This document shows, piece after piece, positions 44,285-63,356 of a stretch of DNA of 64,000 nt. How positions within the stretch are numbered: position 1 is the first letter of the stretch; each line of letters opens with the position of its first letter. The stretch comes from an uncultured Chloroflexia bacterium (lineage in GTDB: Bacteria; Chloroflexota; Dehalococcoidia; UBA2979), in the NCBI GenBank assembly GCA_963728205.1, contig CAVSIV010000006.1, positions 1,024,001-1,088,000 of the forward strand, read 5' to 3'. The notes below the pieces were generated by a model. It saw nothing but the letters and a program-made list of their open reading frames with translations, ran no database searches and was not told where the DNA came from. Made by a program: the position numbers and the translations under genes.

Positions 44285-44418
44285 GCAGCGGACCTCGCAT
44301 CTCAGGTCCTCTCCGCTCGGGTGGCACCGACGCAACGGCGTCACCCGGGCGGGTCCCTTCCTCATGCGCGCCTCATGCGCGGCGGCCCTGACCGGCAGGG
44401 CGGCAGGTGAAGGCCCGG

Positions 44419-45243
44419 TCAGTCCTCGCGCGTGTCGCCGAGGACGAAGCCCTTGCTCAGGTCGACCTCGTCGACGGTGCCGGGCGCGAAGCCCTGCTCC
44501 AGCTCCGAGACGTCGACGACGTTCCCGCGCTCGACCTCGCGCTCCAGCTCGGCGCGACGCTCTTCGCGGCGCTCCTTCGCCTCGCGCGTGACCTCGAGGT
44601 CCTCGGCGACGTGCTCGCGGAGCGTGCGCGCCGGCGCGTCCGACGACCGCGGCACACGCGCCTCCAGCACCTGGTGCAACGTCGAATAGTGGTTTCCGCC
44701 GAGGAAGAGCAGCGGCTGTGCCTCCTCGGGACCGCCGACGAGCCAGCGCTCCTCGAACGACGCCGGGTTCACGTGCACAGCGACGGCCAGGCCGATGAAG
44801 AGGACGTGATCGCCGAACGGCATCACCTCCTGCAGCTCGCACTCGATCCAGCCGGCGCACCCGGCGATCAGCGGCGCGGAGACGTGCGTCCCCGGGAAGG
44901 TCTCGAGCTCCGTCGCCTCGAACTTGTCGACCTCGTCGCCGTGCAGCGCGCCGAGGTACTGGACGTGGTGGAGCAGCGGCCGCGCCGGGATGTTGAGAGC
45001 GAACTCCTGCGAGTGCGTGATCATGTCGACGGTATGCCGACGCTCGCCGACGGCGATCGCGACGAGCGGTGGATCGGCCGACAGCGGCATGTGCCAGGAG
45101 AGGGGCATCACGTTGGGCTGACCGCGCCATGACGTTGTGACGAGCGCGACTGGCCCGCCCATCAGCAGGCGCGGCGCGGTCGCCGCCGGCCGGTGCTGCA
45201 TGTCGGCGGGTGGCGCGTGGAGGAGCGGGTCGTCTGATGTCAC
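44419..45243 (-). CDS. Flavin reductase-like FMN-binding protein
   Basis: PVALVT, PNVM...W, PPLVAI, EFALNIP, IEC, GDHVLFIG; charged C-terminal extension. Confidence 0.87.
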   Translation of the reverse strand: MTSDDPLLHAPPADMQHRPAATAPRLLMGGPVALVTTSWRGQPNVMPLSWHMPLSADPPLVAIAVGERRHTVDMITHSQEFALNIPARPLLHHVQYLGALHGDEVDKFEATELETFPGTHVSAPLIAGCAGWIECELQEVMPFGDHVLFIGLAVAVHVNPASFEERWLVGGPEEAQPLLFLGGNHYSTLHQVLEARVPRSSDAPARTLREHVAEDLEVTREAKERREERRAELEREVERGNVVDVSELEQGFAPGTVDEVDLSKGFVLGDTRED

Positions 45244-45354
45244 GCGACGAGTATACGAACCGGCCCCGGCCGAGGCCTGCGGCCGCGGCGACGGGGCTGT
45301 CCGGCGTGGCGGGGTCGGTGGGGGCGGGCACCGGCCCGGGCGAGCGGTCGGCGG

Positions 45355-45564
45355 CTAGTAGCCGCGGATCTCGTGCGCCTGCTGGGGCGCGAAGTGCTCG
45401 CCGCAGGAGCTGCAGATGTACTCGGTCGCCTTGTCCGCCTCGCCCATGTCCTCGGCGTTGCCCCAGCGTGGCACGAGCTGGGTGTGCGGACAGTCGACGG
45501 AGTCGACCGGGGTCGAGGCGACCGGCTTCGCGCCGCCGCCGAAGAGCTTCGACAGGATCCCCAT
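45355..45564 (-). CDS. Small putative Zn-ribbon protein (paralog A)
   Basis: GAGGA RBS; MGILSKLFGG N-terminus; CPH..LVPRW....M...KA..Y.CSSC...F. Confidence 0.72.
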   Translation of the reverse strand: MGILSKLFGGGAKPVASTPVDSVDCPHTQLVPRWGNAEDMGEADKATEYICSSCGEHFAPQQAHEIRGY

Positions 45565-45682
45565 GTGACGTTCCTCTCCGCCCGCCGCGCGCGGGCGTCC
45601 GCCGCCCACGCTAACACGTGCGTGCGTAAGTCCCGGGAGCCGTGGTGGGGATGCGGTCGGGGCGGACGGGGGTCGCGCGGGA

Positions 45683-45898
45683 CTAGATCATGACGCGCTT
45701 CAGCTTGCGGTCCTGCACGAGGTACGGCGGGAACTCGCGGTGACAGCGGTGGCAGACCCACCCCATAGCCTTCGAGTCGTCGTCCATGACCTCGGGCCCG
45801 CGCCAGCGCGGCATCAGCGTCTCGTGGGCGCATGCGTCGGCGTCGGGGTCGGTGTGGTGGGCGGCCACGCCGGACGCGTTTGTCGGATCGTCAGCCAT
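45683..45898 (-). CDS. Small putative Zn-ribbon protein (paralog B)
   Basis: GGAGGAG RBS; CAH..LMPRW....M...KA..W.CHRC...F. Confidence 0.72.
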   Translation of the reverse strand: MADDPTNASGVAAHHTDPDADACAHETLMPRWRGPEVMDDDSKAMGWVCHRCHREFPPYLVQDRKLKRVMI

Positions 45899-46037
45899 CG
45901 GTCACTCCTCCTCCGGACGCGCGCGAGGGTACCGCCGGCGTGCCGGGCGGAGAAGCGCCCGCAGCGTTTACATCTCCACCGCCGCGCGTGCGTACACTGA
46001 TGCCGTTACGTCACCCCGCTCGTTCAATGGCTGGTTC

Positions 46038-48017
46038 GTGGAATACCTCTCGCGCCTCGTTCGGCGGCCGGTCTGCTTCGCCGCGATCGCAATGATCGCG
46101 GCGGTTGCGCTCGGCGCGTGCGGCGCGATCCGGCCGGGCGCGCCCAGCGTCGGCGTCACGGATTCCGCGACCGCGGGCGCCGCGGCGACGGCAGTGGCCT
46201 CCGCGACGCCGACGAACGGCGCGACGACGGAGCGCGTGGAGGTCACGGCCGTGGACGGCCTGGTCCCGGCGCTCGACCTCCTCCGCTCGCTGGGTGCGCA
46301 CATCGAGGTGATCTCGGGCGGGCGCATCCAGGCGCAGGTGCCGAGCGACCGCATGGGCACGCTCGCAGCCGCAACCGACATCGTCCGCGTCGACCCGCCG
46401 GCGGTGCTCGTGCCGCTCGAGAACCCGGTCACCGCACTCGCGCGCATCGGCGCCGACCGCTGGCACACCGCCGGCTTCACCGGCCACGACGTGAAGGTCG
46501 CCGTGATCGACGCCGGCTTCCTCGGCTATGCGTCCGCCATCGGCGACGCGCTGCCCACCGGAACGGTCGCCCACAGCTTCCGCGCGGACGGCGACCTCCA
46601 GGCCGGAACCGATCACGGCCTGCGCGCGGCGGAGATCGTGTCGCGCGTGGCGCCGGGCGCGCAGATCTACCTCCTCAACTTCGGCACGGTCACTGAGCTC
46701 TCGGCGGCGGTCGACTGGGTGATCTCTCAGCGCATCGACGTCGTCTCCTTCTCGCTCGGCTTCATTCACAACGGCGCGGGCGACGGGACCGGGCCGGTCG
46801 ACGAGATCGTGGATCGCGCGACGGCGGCCGGCGTGATGTGGGTCGCCGCGTCCGGCAACTGGGCAGAGCAGCACTGGTCGGGCGTATTCACCGACACCAA
46901 CGGCGACTCGGTCAACGAGTTCGCTCCGGGCGTGCGCGATGACGGTCACTTCTTCAACGCGGGCGATCTGATCATTGCGTCGCTGCGGTGGGACGACACA
47001 TGGGGCGCGGCCTGCTCCGATTACGACCTCGAGCTGTTCGGGCCGGACGGCGCGCTGGTGCGCGCCTCGCGCGACCTCCAGGCGTGCAGCGGAAACCCAA
47101 TCGAGGGCATGCAGGTGCTCGCGACGAAGACCGGCCGCTACACGGTGCGCATCGTGCAGGCCGGCTCCAGCCGGCCGAAGCGACTGGACCTCATGGTCGT
47201 GGGCTCGCCGGACCGCGGGAACCCGCTCGACTTCTACACGCCCGACGGGTCGCTGTCACAGCCGGCCGACGATCCGACGGTGTTGACCGTGGGTGCGGTG
47301 ACCGGGACGGACCTCGGCGCGGAGGCACCCTACTCGTCCCGCGGGCCGACGACCGACGGTCGGCGCAAGCCGAACCTGCTGGCGCCGACCGGGCTGGCGA
47401 CCGCGACGAGCGCGGCCTTTGCCGGCACGTCGGCCAGCGCGCCGCACGTAGCGGGCGCGCTCGCGCTGCTGCGCGAGGCGTACCCCGGCGTCACGGGCGC
47501 GGGGATCGAGTCGCGGCTGACGGAGCGCGCGGTGCCCGCCGACCCGGTGGCGGACGGGACGCCGGGCGTCGGCGTCGTGGCGATGGGATCGCTCGCCGGG
47601 CTCGGGCCATTGCTGCCGGCGGGGGCGGACGAAGCGTTCTTCGTCGGCCAGCTGCCGCCGGTCGCGGGCCTCGCGCTGCTGTCGTACCAGGGGCCAGACG
47701 GCTACCCGCTGCGGTTCGCGCACCTGCTGCTGGGCGGGCGCGACGCGGACGCGGCGTTCCGCTTCGATGGCTCCGTCCAGCGATTCCGCGTCTACATCGC
47801 CGGCGCACCGGAGTTCGTGAGCGACTTCACGCGGCTGCGCAACGGAGACATCGTGATCGTTCAGCTGGGCGTGGGCGGCGGCGCTCGCGGGCCGAGCGCC
47901 GCCGCCGCGGCGAGCCCCGTGGCGACCGCGACGCCCGCGCCCAGCGTCATGCCGGCGCCGACCGCGACGCGATCAGCCGCGCTCGTGCCTCGATCCATCG
48001 GCTACGCGCCGCCCTGA
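46038..48017 (+). CDS. S8 subtilisin-like serine protease, predicted lipoprotein
   Basis: Lipobox LGAC; triad VAVIDAG, DHG, GTSASAPHVAG; AASGN oxyanion Asn; start uncertain. Confidence 0.87.
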   Translation: MEYLSRLVRRPVCFAAIAMIAAVALGACGAIRPGAPSVGVTDSATAGAAATAVASATPTNGATTERVEVTAVDGLVPALDLLRSLGAHIEVISGGRIQAQVPSDRMGTLAAATDIVRVDPPAVLVPLENPVTALARIGADRWHTAGFTGHDVKVAVIDAGFLGYASAIGDALPTGTVAHSFRADGDLQAGTDHGLRAAEIVSRVAPGAQIYLLNFGTVTELSAAVDWVISQRIDVVSFSLGFIHNGAGDGTGPVDEIVDRATAAGVMWVAASGNWAEQHWSGVFTDTNGDSVNEFAPGVRDDGHFFNAGDLIIASLRWDDTWGAACSDYDLELFGPDGALVRASRDLQACSGNPIEGMQVLATKTGRYTVRIVQAGSSRPKRLDLMVVGSPDRGNPLDFYTPDGSLSQPADDPTVLTVGAVTGTDLGAEAPYSSRGPTTDGRRKPNLLAPTGLATATSAAFAGTSASAPHVAGALALLREAYPGVTGAGIESRLTERAVPADPVADGTPGVGVVAMGSLAGLGPLLPAGADEAFFVGQLPPVAGLALLSYQGPDGYPLRFAHLLLGGRDADAAFRFDGSVQRFRVYIAGAPEFVSDFTRLRNGDIVIVQLGVGGGARGPSAAAAASPVATATPAPSVMPAPTATRSAALVPRSIGYAPP

Positions 48018-48090
48018 GCGACGGCGCTCGTGCCGGGAATTTCCCGGGTTCCACCCCTGATTTTCGCCGGGATCGACCGTGGAGATTTCG

Positions 48091-48119
48091 TTGACACCCC
48101 CGCGGCGTCTGGATACCGT
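48091..48119 (+). promoter_or_regulatory. Sigma70-type promoter of rpoBC
   Basis: TTGACA-N17-TACCGT about 200 nt upstream of rpoB. Confidence 0.7.
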
Positions 48120-48319
48120 TGTCGATCTGCGCACGAACGGGTACACTCTGATGTGCGTGGGGCGCGGTCGATTCATTGGTCATAGGTTGCTTACCCCGGC
48201 GGCTGCCGAGGCCGTTCGGGGTCTTTCTGCGTCCATCGGCCTCACCTGTAACTACCTCGCGCGCGCATAGCCGAACAGACCGCCCCTGCTTCGCGACGGG
48301 CCTGTGAGGGGAGTATCGC

Positions 48320-56421
<8,102 letters not shown>

Positions 56422-56448
56422 CGGCCCGGTCGACTGGCTGTCATGAGC

Positions 56449-56478
56449 GAAGGGCCCCGGGTGACCGGGGCCCTTCTT
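56449..56478. terminator. Intrinsic terminator after rpoC
   Basis: GAAGGGCCCCGG-gtga-CCGGGGCCCTTC-TT (GNRA loop). Confidence 0.78.
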
Positions 56479-56504
56479 CGTGTCCTCGCGCGCGCCCGGG
56501 CCGG

Positions 56505-57101
56505 CTAGGCCGGCTCGTTGCGACGGCGTGCGCGGTAGGCGCGCGCCTTCGCACGGGCGCCGCAGTCGGCCATCGAGCACCAGCGGCGCGACCGGTTCTT
56601 CGAGCGGTCGACGAACGCCCAGTGACAGTTGTCGCCGCTGCAGAGCCGGATGCGGTCCCACGTGCCGTCGATGGCCGCGTCGTGCGCGACCAGCAGCGCG
56701 AGCGCGGCGATCGCGAGCGCGCCGTCGCCGGCCGGTTCGAGCACCACGCGCCCGTCGGCGGCGACGCCCAGCCGCAGGGGCAGCTCCGCCGCGAGCCGGT
56801 CGAGCTCCGACGGGTCCGCGGCGTCGCCGTCGAGCAGGAGCGCGAGCAGCCCGTCGCGGACGTCGCGCGCCAGCGCGACGTCCGCGGGGCGGATGCGCGC
56901 GGCGTCGCCCACGAACGAGCGGAGGCGGGCGTCGAGCGCCCGCGCGGTCTCGGGCATGGCGTCGACGAGGCCGTCCGGGGCGCGCTCGGCCGCCCAGGTG
57001 CGAAAGGCGGCGGGGTCGGGCGGATCGAACCAGTCGGCGGTGATGTCCCAGTCGTGGGTGTTCAGGAACGCGAGCAGCGGTGCGAGCGCGGTGTCTTCCA
57101 C
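56505..57101 (-). CDS. CGNR zinc-finger (ABATE) regulator
   Basis: FLNT N-terminus; R.RLC....C.W.FVDRSKNRSRRWCSM..CG.RAK.RAYR. Confidence 0.9.
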   Translation of the reverse strand: MEDTALAPLLAFLNTHDWDITADWFDPPDPAAFRTWAAERAPDGLVDAMPETARALDARLRSFVGDAARIRPADVALARDVRDGLLALLLDGDAADPSELDRLAAELPLRLGVAADGRVVLEPAGDGALAIAALALLVAHDAAIDGTWDRIRLCSGDNCHWAFVDRSKNRSRRWCSMADCGARAKARAYRARRRNEPA

Positions 57102-57114
57102 GTGGCCATCATAA

Positions 57115-57195
57115 CATCACCACCATTCAACTGTTGACAGGTGACGGTCACGGGGATTAGTGTCGTCACCGACAAACGGCGTTTTGCCGGTGGCG
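57115..57195. promoter_or_regulatory. Divergent promoter with two N18-spaced inverted repeats
   Basis: CATCACC-N18-GGTGACG (57115-57146) and CGTCACC-N18-GGTGGCG (57164-57195); TTGACA (57134) and TAGTGT (57158) on +; TATGAT (57113-57108) on -. Confidence 0.7.
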
Positions 57196-57224
57196 GTTCG
57201 GGCCGGGGCAACGGAGCGAAGGGC

Positions 57225-57506
57225 ATGTGGTTCTACGACCCTTATGAGCACGAGTGGCAGCTGGCGCGTCGGCGCGACCGGCGCATCCGCACCGGCGCCG
57301 GCGCCGGCGCCGGGGGCGATCGGCGACAGCCGGCGGCGCGCCCGCCGCTCCGGCGCGCGACCACGTCGCGTCCGCCGGGCGCCGGACGAGCCGGCCGGCT
57401 GGCGCTCGCGCTGCGCATCCTCGCGGACGAGCGGCTCGCAAGCGATGTCGTCGACGCCCTCGCGTCGGCGGGCTCGGTCGCGCCCGGCGATGGGTGCCGG
57501 GCGTGA
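57225..57506 (+). CDS. Small hypothetical protein
   Basis: MWFYDPYEHEW start after a purine-rich RBS; TGA overlaps the next GTG. Confidence 0.5.
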   Translation: MWFYDPYEHEWQLARRRDRRIRTGAGAGAGGDRRQPAARPPLRRATTSRPPGAGRAGRLALALRILADERLASDVVDALASAGSVAPGDGCRA

Positions 57507-57970
57507 CCCGCGCACCGGCACCCCGCGACCTCGCCCTGCGCGTGCAGCGCCTCCTCGCAGACGAGTCCGCGCGCTGGAGCGCGCTCGTCGTCCGGCTGGA
57601 CGGCGCTGGCGACGGCGTCCTCTACGCCGGCGCCGGGGTCGCGTGGGATGCGCGCGAGGTGTACGCGCATCTCGCGCGCTGGTTCGACGTCGCGCTCGAC
57701 TCCTTCGCAGCCGACGCGACGTCGCGACCGCTGCCCGACGTCGCGGACTGGGACACGCGCAACCTGGCGTGGCACGCGGCGGATCGCGCGCGCACGCTCG
57801 GCGACGCGCGGGCGCACGCCGTGGCGGCCCACGACCGGTTGATCGCCGGCGCGCAGGCCCTCCCCGCGGCCCTCTGGACGGACGCGCTCTGTGACCGCTT
57901 CGAGGGCTGCGCGCCCGGGCACTACGCGGAGCACCTCGCCTACCTCAGCGCCGGCCGACACGCCGGCTGA
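57503..57970 (+). CDS. DinB/YfiT-like (ClbS/DfsB-like) four-helix bundle protein
   Basis: W..REV.AHLARW, D..N, HYAEH His pattern. Confidence 0.7.
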   Translation: MTRAPAPRDLALRVQRLLADESARWSALVVRLDGAGDGVLYAGAGVAWDAREVYAHLARWFDVALDSFAADATSRPLPDVADWDTRNLAWHAADRARTLGDARAHAVAAHDRLIAGAQALPAALWTDALCDRFEGCAPGHYAEHLAYLSAGRHAG

Positions 57971-58044
57971 CAGTGCAGGGCCGCGACAACGAGCGTATCC
58001 GCGTGCAGGCGGTAGCATGGCGGACGCATCGAAAGCGAGCCCTC

Positions 58045-59307
58045 ATGGAATCCGTGCTCAAGGCGGCGCTGGAGCAGTTCCACCGCGCGGCGGACCACCT
58101 CGGCCTCCCGGATCGGCACCGGGAGGTGCTGACGTCGTTCAAGACCGTCTACCAGACGCAGTTCCCGGTAGAGATGGACGACGGTTCGTTTCACGTCTTC
58201 GAGGGCTACCGCGTCCTCCACAACAACGCGCGCGGCCCCACGAAGGGCGGCCTGCGCTTCGCCGATCACGTCACGCTGGACGAGGTCCGCGCGCTCGCGA
58301 TGTGGATGACGTGGAAGTGCGCCGTCGTGAACATCCCGTTCGGCGGCGCGAAGGGCGGCGTGCGCGTCGATCCGAGCCGGCTCAGCAGCAACGAGCTGCA
58401 GAACCTCACGCGCCGCTTCACCTCGGAGATCATCCCGATCATCGGGCCCGACCAGGACATCCCCGCGCCGGACATGGGCACGAACCCCCAGATCATGGCG
58501 TGGATGATGGACACCTACTCGATGTCCAAGGGATACACGATCCCGTCGGTGGTCACCGGCAAGCCGGTCTCGCTCGGCGGCTCCGAGGGCCGGTACGAGG
58601 CGACCGGGCGCGGCCTGCTGTTCGTACTGGAGGAGCACCTGTCCGCGGACGGCGGCGTCCCCGGCCGGACGGTGGCGGTGCAGGGCTTCGGCAACGTCGG
58701 CGGCGTGACGGCCAAGCTCTTCCAGCAGGCCGGCGCGACGATCCAGTACATCTCCGACAAGGACATCGCGCTGTTCAACCGCGACGGCGTGGACGCGGCC
58801 GCCGCCTGGGCGCACGTCGACGGCGGCGGGTCGCTCCAGACCTGGATCGACGCGCATCCCGGCGCCGCCGAGCCGGTCGCGCACGAGGACCTGCTGCTGG
58901 CCGACGTCGACGTGCTCGTGCCGGCAGCGGTCCAGGGCGTGATCACCGAGCACAACGCCGGCAAGCTGCGGGCTCGGTTGATCCTCGAAGGCGCGAACGG
59001 TCCGACCACCCCGGACGCCGACAGCGTGCTGGAGGAGCGAAGCATCCCCGTGATCCCCGACATCCTCGCGAACGCCGGCGGCGTCACGGTTTCCTACTTC
59101 GAGTGGGTCCAGGCGCGGCAGTACATGCAGTGGACCGAGGAGCAGGTGAACGCCGAGCTGCGCCGGCTGATGACGAGCGCCTACCGCAACGTGCTCTCGC
59201 GCTGTCCCGAGGGCAGCCGCGGGATCTGCTCGCAGCGTGAGGCGGCGCAGTGGGTCGCGATCGAGCGCGTGACGGAAGCGATCGACCGGCGCGGCATCTT
59301 CCCCTAG
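58045..59307 (+). CDS. gdhA: Glu/Leu/Phe/Val dehydrogenase (glutamate dehydrogenase-like)
   Basis: RGPTKGGLRF, MTWKCA, GGAKGG, DIPAPD, GFGNVG, EGANGP, NAGGVTVSYFEW. Confidence 0.88.
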   Translation: MESVLKAALEQFHRAADHLGLPDRHREVLTSFKTVYQTQFPVEMDDGSFHVFEGYRVLHNNARGPTKGGLRFADHVTLDEVRALAMWMTWKCAVVNIPFGGAKGGVRVDPSRLSSNELQNLTRRFTSEIIPIIGPDQDIPAPDMGTNPQIMAWMMDTYSMSKGYTIPSVVTGKPVSLGGSEGRYEATGRGLLFVLEEHLSADGGVPGRTVAVQGFGNVGGVTAKLFQQAGATIQYISDKDIALFNRDGVDAAAAWAHVDGGGSLQTWIDAHPGAAEPVAHEDLLLADVDVLVPAAVQGVITEHNAGKLRARLILEGANGPTTPDADSVLEERSIPVIPDILANAGGVTVSYFEWVQARQYMQWTEEQVNAELRRLMTSAYRNVLSRCPEGSRGICSQREAAQWVAIERVTEAIDRRGIFP

Positions 59308-59312
59308 CGCGG

Positions 59313-59816
59313 CTACGCGGGCGCGGCGTCGCGGTCGCGGAGGTAGAAGAGGTAGTCGAGGTCGCCGGGGCTGTGGCCGCGCTCGGTGAGCAGCGCCGAC
59401 ACCTCGCCGCGATGGTGAATCGCGTGCTGTTCGACCTGGAGCAACATCTCGAGCCAGCTGCGGCCCCCCATCCGCGTCGTGAACACGCGGTCGAGATCGG
59501 CGTCGACCAGCCCCGCCACCCACCGGCGGTAGTCCGCGCGGACGCCGTCCGACCACGCGCGGATCGCGTCGACGCCGTCGACGCCGGTGGGGCCGGCGGG
59601 CGACGCGTCGGGGCGCGGACCGCCGAGCAGCATCGCTTGCCAGAAGGCGCGCGTGGCCGCCTGGTGCACGAGGAGCTGGCGAATGCTCCGCTCCGGGGCG
59701 CCGGCCGGAGCGGCAAGGTCGTCGCTCGACAGCGGCGTGGCGGCGTCGAGGAGGCGATGCGTCGCCCACGCGTCGTAGTCGATGAAGGACAGCAGTGCGT
59801 CGTGCAGCGAGGCCAT
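59313..59816 (-). CDS. DinB-family protein
   Basis: Y..WA..RLL, SIR..LVH, H..HHRGEVS..L...G..P. Confidence 0.85.
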   Translation of the reverse strand: MASLHDALLSFIDYDAWATHRLLDAATPLSSDDLAAPAGAPERSIRQLLVHQAATRAFWQAMLLGGPRPDASPAGPTGVDGVDAIRAWSDGVRADYRRWVAGLVDADLDRVFTTRMGGRSWLEMLLQVEQHAIHHRGEVSALLTERGHSPGDLDYLFYLRDRDAAPA

Positions 59817-59838
59817 GCGACTCCCGTCGGGGCGGCGG

Positions 59839-60090
59839 TCAGTGGTTGCGCGATTGCTCCGAGAGCCAGCCGAGCTGCCGCAGCCGCTCGTGCTCGCGGG
59901 CGTGCGAGACGACGTCGTACAGGTAGCCGCCGCAGTCGCGGCAGCGCATGAGGGTGTGGCCGTTGGCGTCGTGCACGGGATGCAGCGCCGCCCGCTCGGG
60001 GCTCGCGGTGTCGGCGGCGACGCGATGCTCGCAGTCCCAGTAGCACCCATGTGGACAGAACGCACCGCCGGCGGCGGGTTCGTCGGTCAT
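59839..60090 (-). CDS. Small Cys/His-rich putative metal-binding protein
   Basis: CPHGC...CEH and CRDC.........H...H; ATGA overlap with the upstream gene. Confidence 0.65.
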   Translation of the reverse strand: MTDEPAAGGAFCPHGCYWDCEHRVAADTASPERAALHPVHDANGHTLMRCRDCGGYLYDVVSHAREHERLRQLGWLSEQSRNH

Positions 60091-60842
60091 GCGGACGACT
60101 CCTCTCCGATCCTGGCGGCGATGAGCGAGAGCGCGTGCTTGACCACGGCGCCCTGCCGCGCGTCGAGCAGCGAATCGACCGTCGCCGCGACCTGCGCGTA
60201 GAGCGCGAGCGCCGCGCCGGCCGACGCGGCGAGCGACTCACCGCCCACGGCGAGCGCCGCATGCTGGCGCGCCGACCACGCCTCGCCTTCTGTCGTCGCC
60301 ACGCGATCCCAGAGCACGTTCTCGGTGTCATACAGGATGCGCCGGTGCACGGCGAGGATCCGCGCCAGGCGCAGCGCCAGCACGTTGCGCTGCACCGCGA
60401 CCGCCAGCGTCGCGCCGCGCTCCAGCGCGGCGACCAGCTTCTGCACCTCCTCGGCGTACCCCGTCACCTGCTCGGCGACCCAGCGATCGCACGCAGCCGC
60501 GACGTCGTCCCAGCGCCACGCGCGCGCCTCGTCACGCAGGGCCGCGCCGATGCCATCGGGGTCGTGGAGCAGCACGGCGCCGCGCCAGCCGGGCACCGCG
60601 CCGCCGAGGACGGCGGGATCCGCGAACGATGCACGCGTCGCAGCGGCCGTCGTCCAGGCGACCGAGACGAGGTGGCCGCCCCGCCGATCGAGGCGATAGC
60701 CGGGCCCCGCACCCTGCCGCTCCGCAATCACGCCGACGTCGATGTCCGAGTGCGTCGACGCATCGCCGCGCGCATGGCTCCCGGCAAGCCAGACCGCGCG
60801 CGCCCCGCGCGCCGCCAGCTCGTCGACCAGGGGGCCGAGCAC
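60087..60842 (-). CDS. Pol-beta-superfamily nucleotidyltransferase with helical C-terminus (KNTase-like)
   Basis: L.GSHARG.....SDID motif; LHDPDG; E...KL helical bundle. Confidence 0.78.
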   Translation of the reverse strand: MLGPLVDELAARGARAVWLAGSHARGDASTHSDIDVGVIAERQGAGPGYRLDRRGGHLVSVAWTTAAATRASFADPAVLGGAVPGWRGAVLLHDPDGIGAALRDEARAWRWDDVAAACDRWVAEQVTGYAEEVQKLVAALERGATLAVAVQRNVLALRLARILAVHRRILYDTENVLWDRVATTEGEAWSARQHAALAVGGESLAASAGAALALYAQVAATVDSLLDARQGAVVKHALSLIAARIGEESSA

Positions 60843-60939
60843 GGACTCAGGCGCCGAATGCAGAGGAGTCCCTGACGTTCGTCAATCCCTCATGTAGCAG
60901 GAAAGTGCAATAATTAGTCACTGAGGCGGGGGCCGTCGG

Positions 60940-61257
60940 ATGACCATCCTCATCGGCATGGTAGCCATCGAGTTCCTGGGCATGCTCGCCCTGGCCGGGC
61001 TGCACATGGTCGGCCTGGGCGAGGGGCCGTGGATGCTACCCTCGCACGCCGCCATCCCCGTCGCCTTCGTGATCGGCTTTTTCGGCACCTACGCCCTGGG
61101 ACGCGCACTCGACGTGATCGACGTCGGCCAGATCGACGCGTATCGCGACCGTGTCGACGCGATGAGCGCGATGGCTGAGTCCGGCCGGCGCGTCCGTGCG
61201 ACCACGCACCGCGCTCCGCGACGCCTCCAGCGCCGCGCGGTGATCATCGAATACTGA
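60940..61257 (+). CDS. Small two-TM membrane protein
   Basis: Two hydrophobic segments, GC3-biased codons. Confidence 0.55.
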   Translation: MTILIGMVAIEFLGMLALAGLHMVGLGEGPWMLPSHAAIPVAFVIGFFGTYALGRALDVIDVGQIDAYRDRVDAMSAMAESGRRVRATTHRAPRRLQRRAVIIEY

Positions 61258-61286
61258 GCAGGCGCGCGCCGCGCCCGCGGGCGTCC

Positions 61287-63221
<1,935 letters not shown>

Positions 63222-63356
63222 GGGGCACCTCCGTGGGGCTGCGGCGTGCGGTGCCGGGTGTGCGGGGAAGTCGATCGAGAGTAGCCCGCGCGCGCTACGC
63301 CGAACAAGGCGCGGTCCGGAGCGGCGCGCAACGCCGGCGCGGCTAGAATCTCGCGC

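Noticed and set aside
44285-44418. Several hairpins and an 11-bp tandem repeat (CCTCATGCGCG x2)
   Set aside because: It lies between convergent genes, fits termination structures, and has no CRISPR-like periodicity or recognisable ncRNA motif
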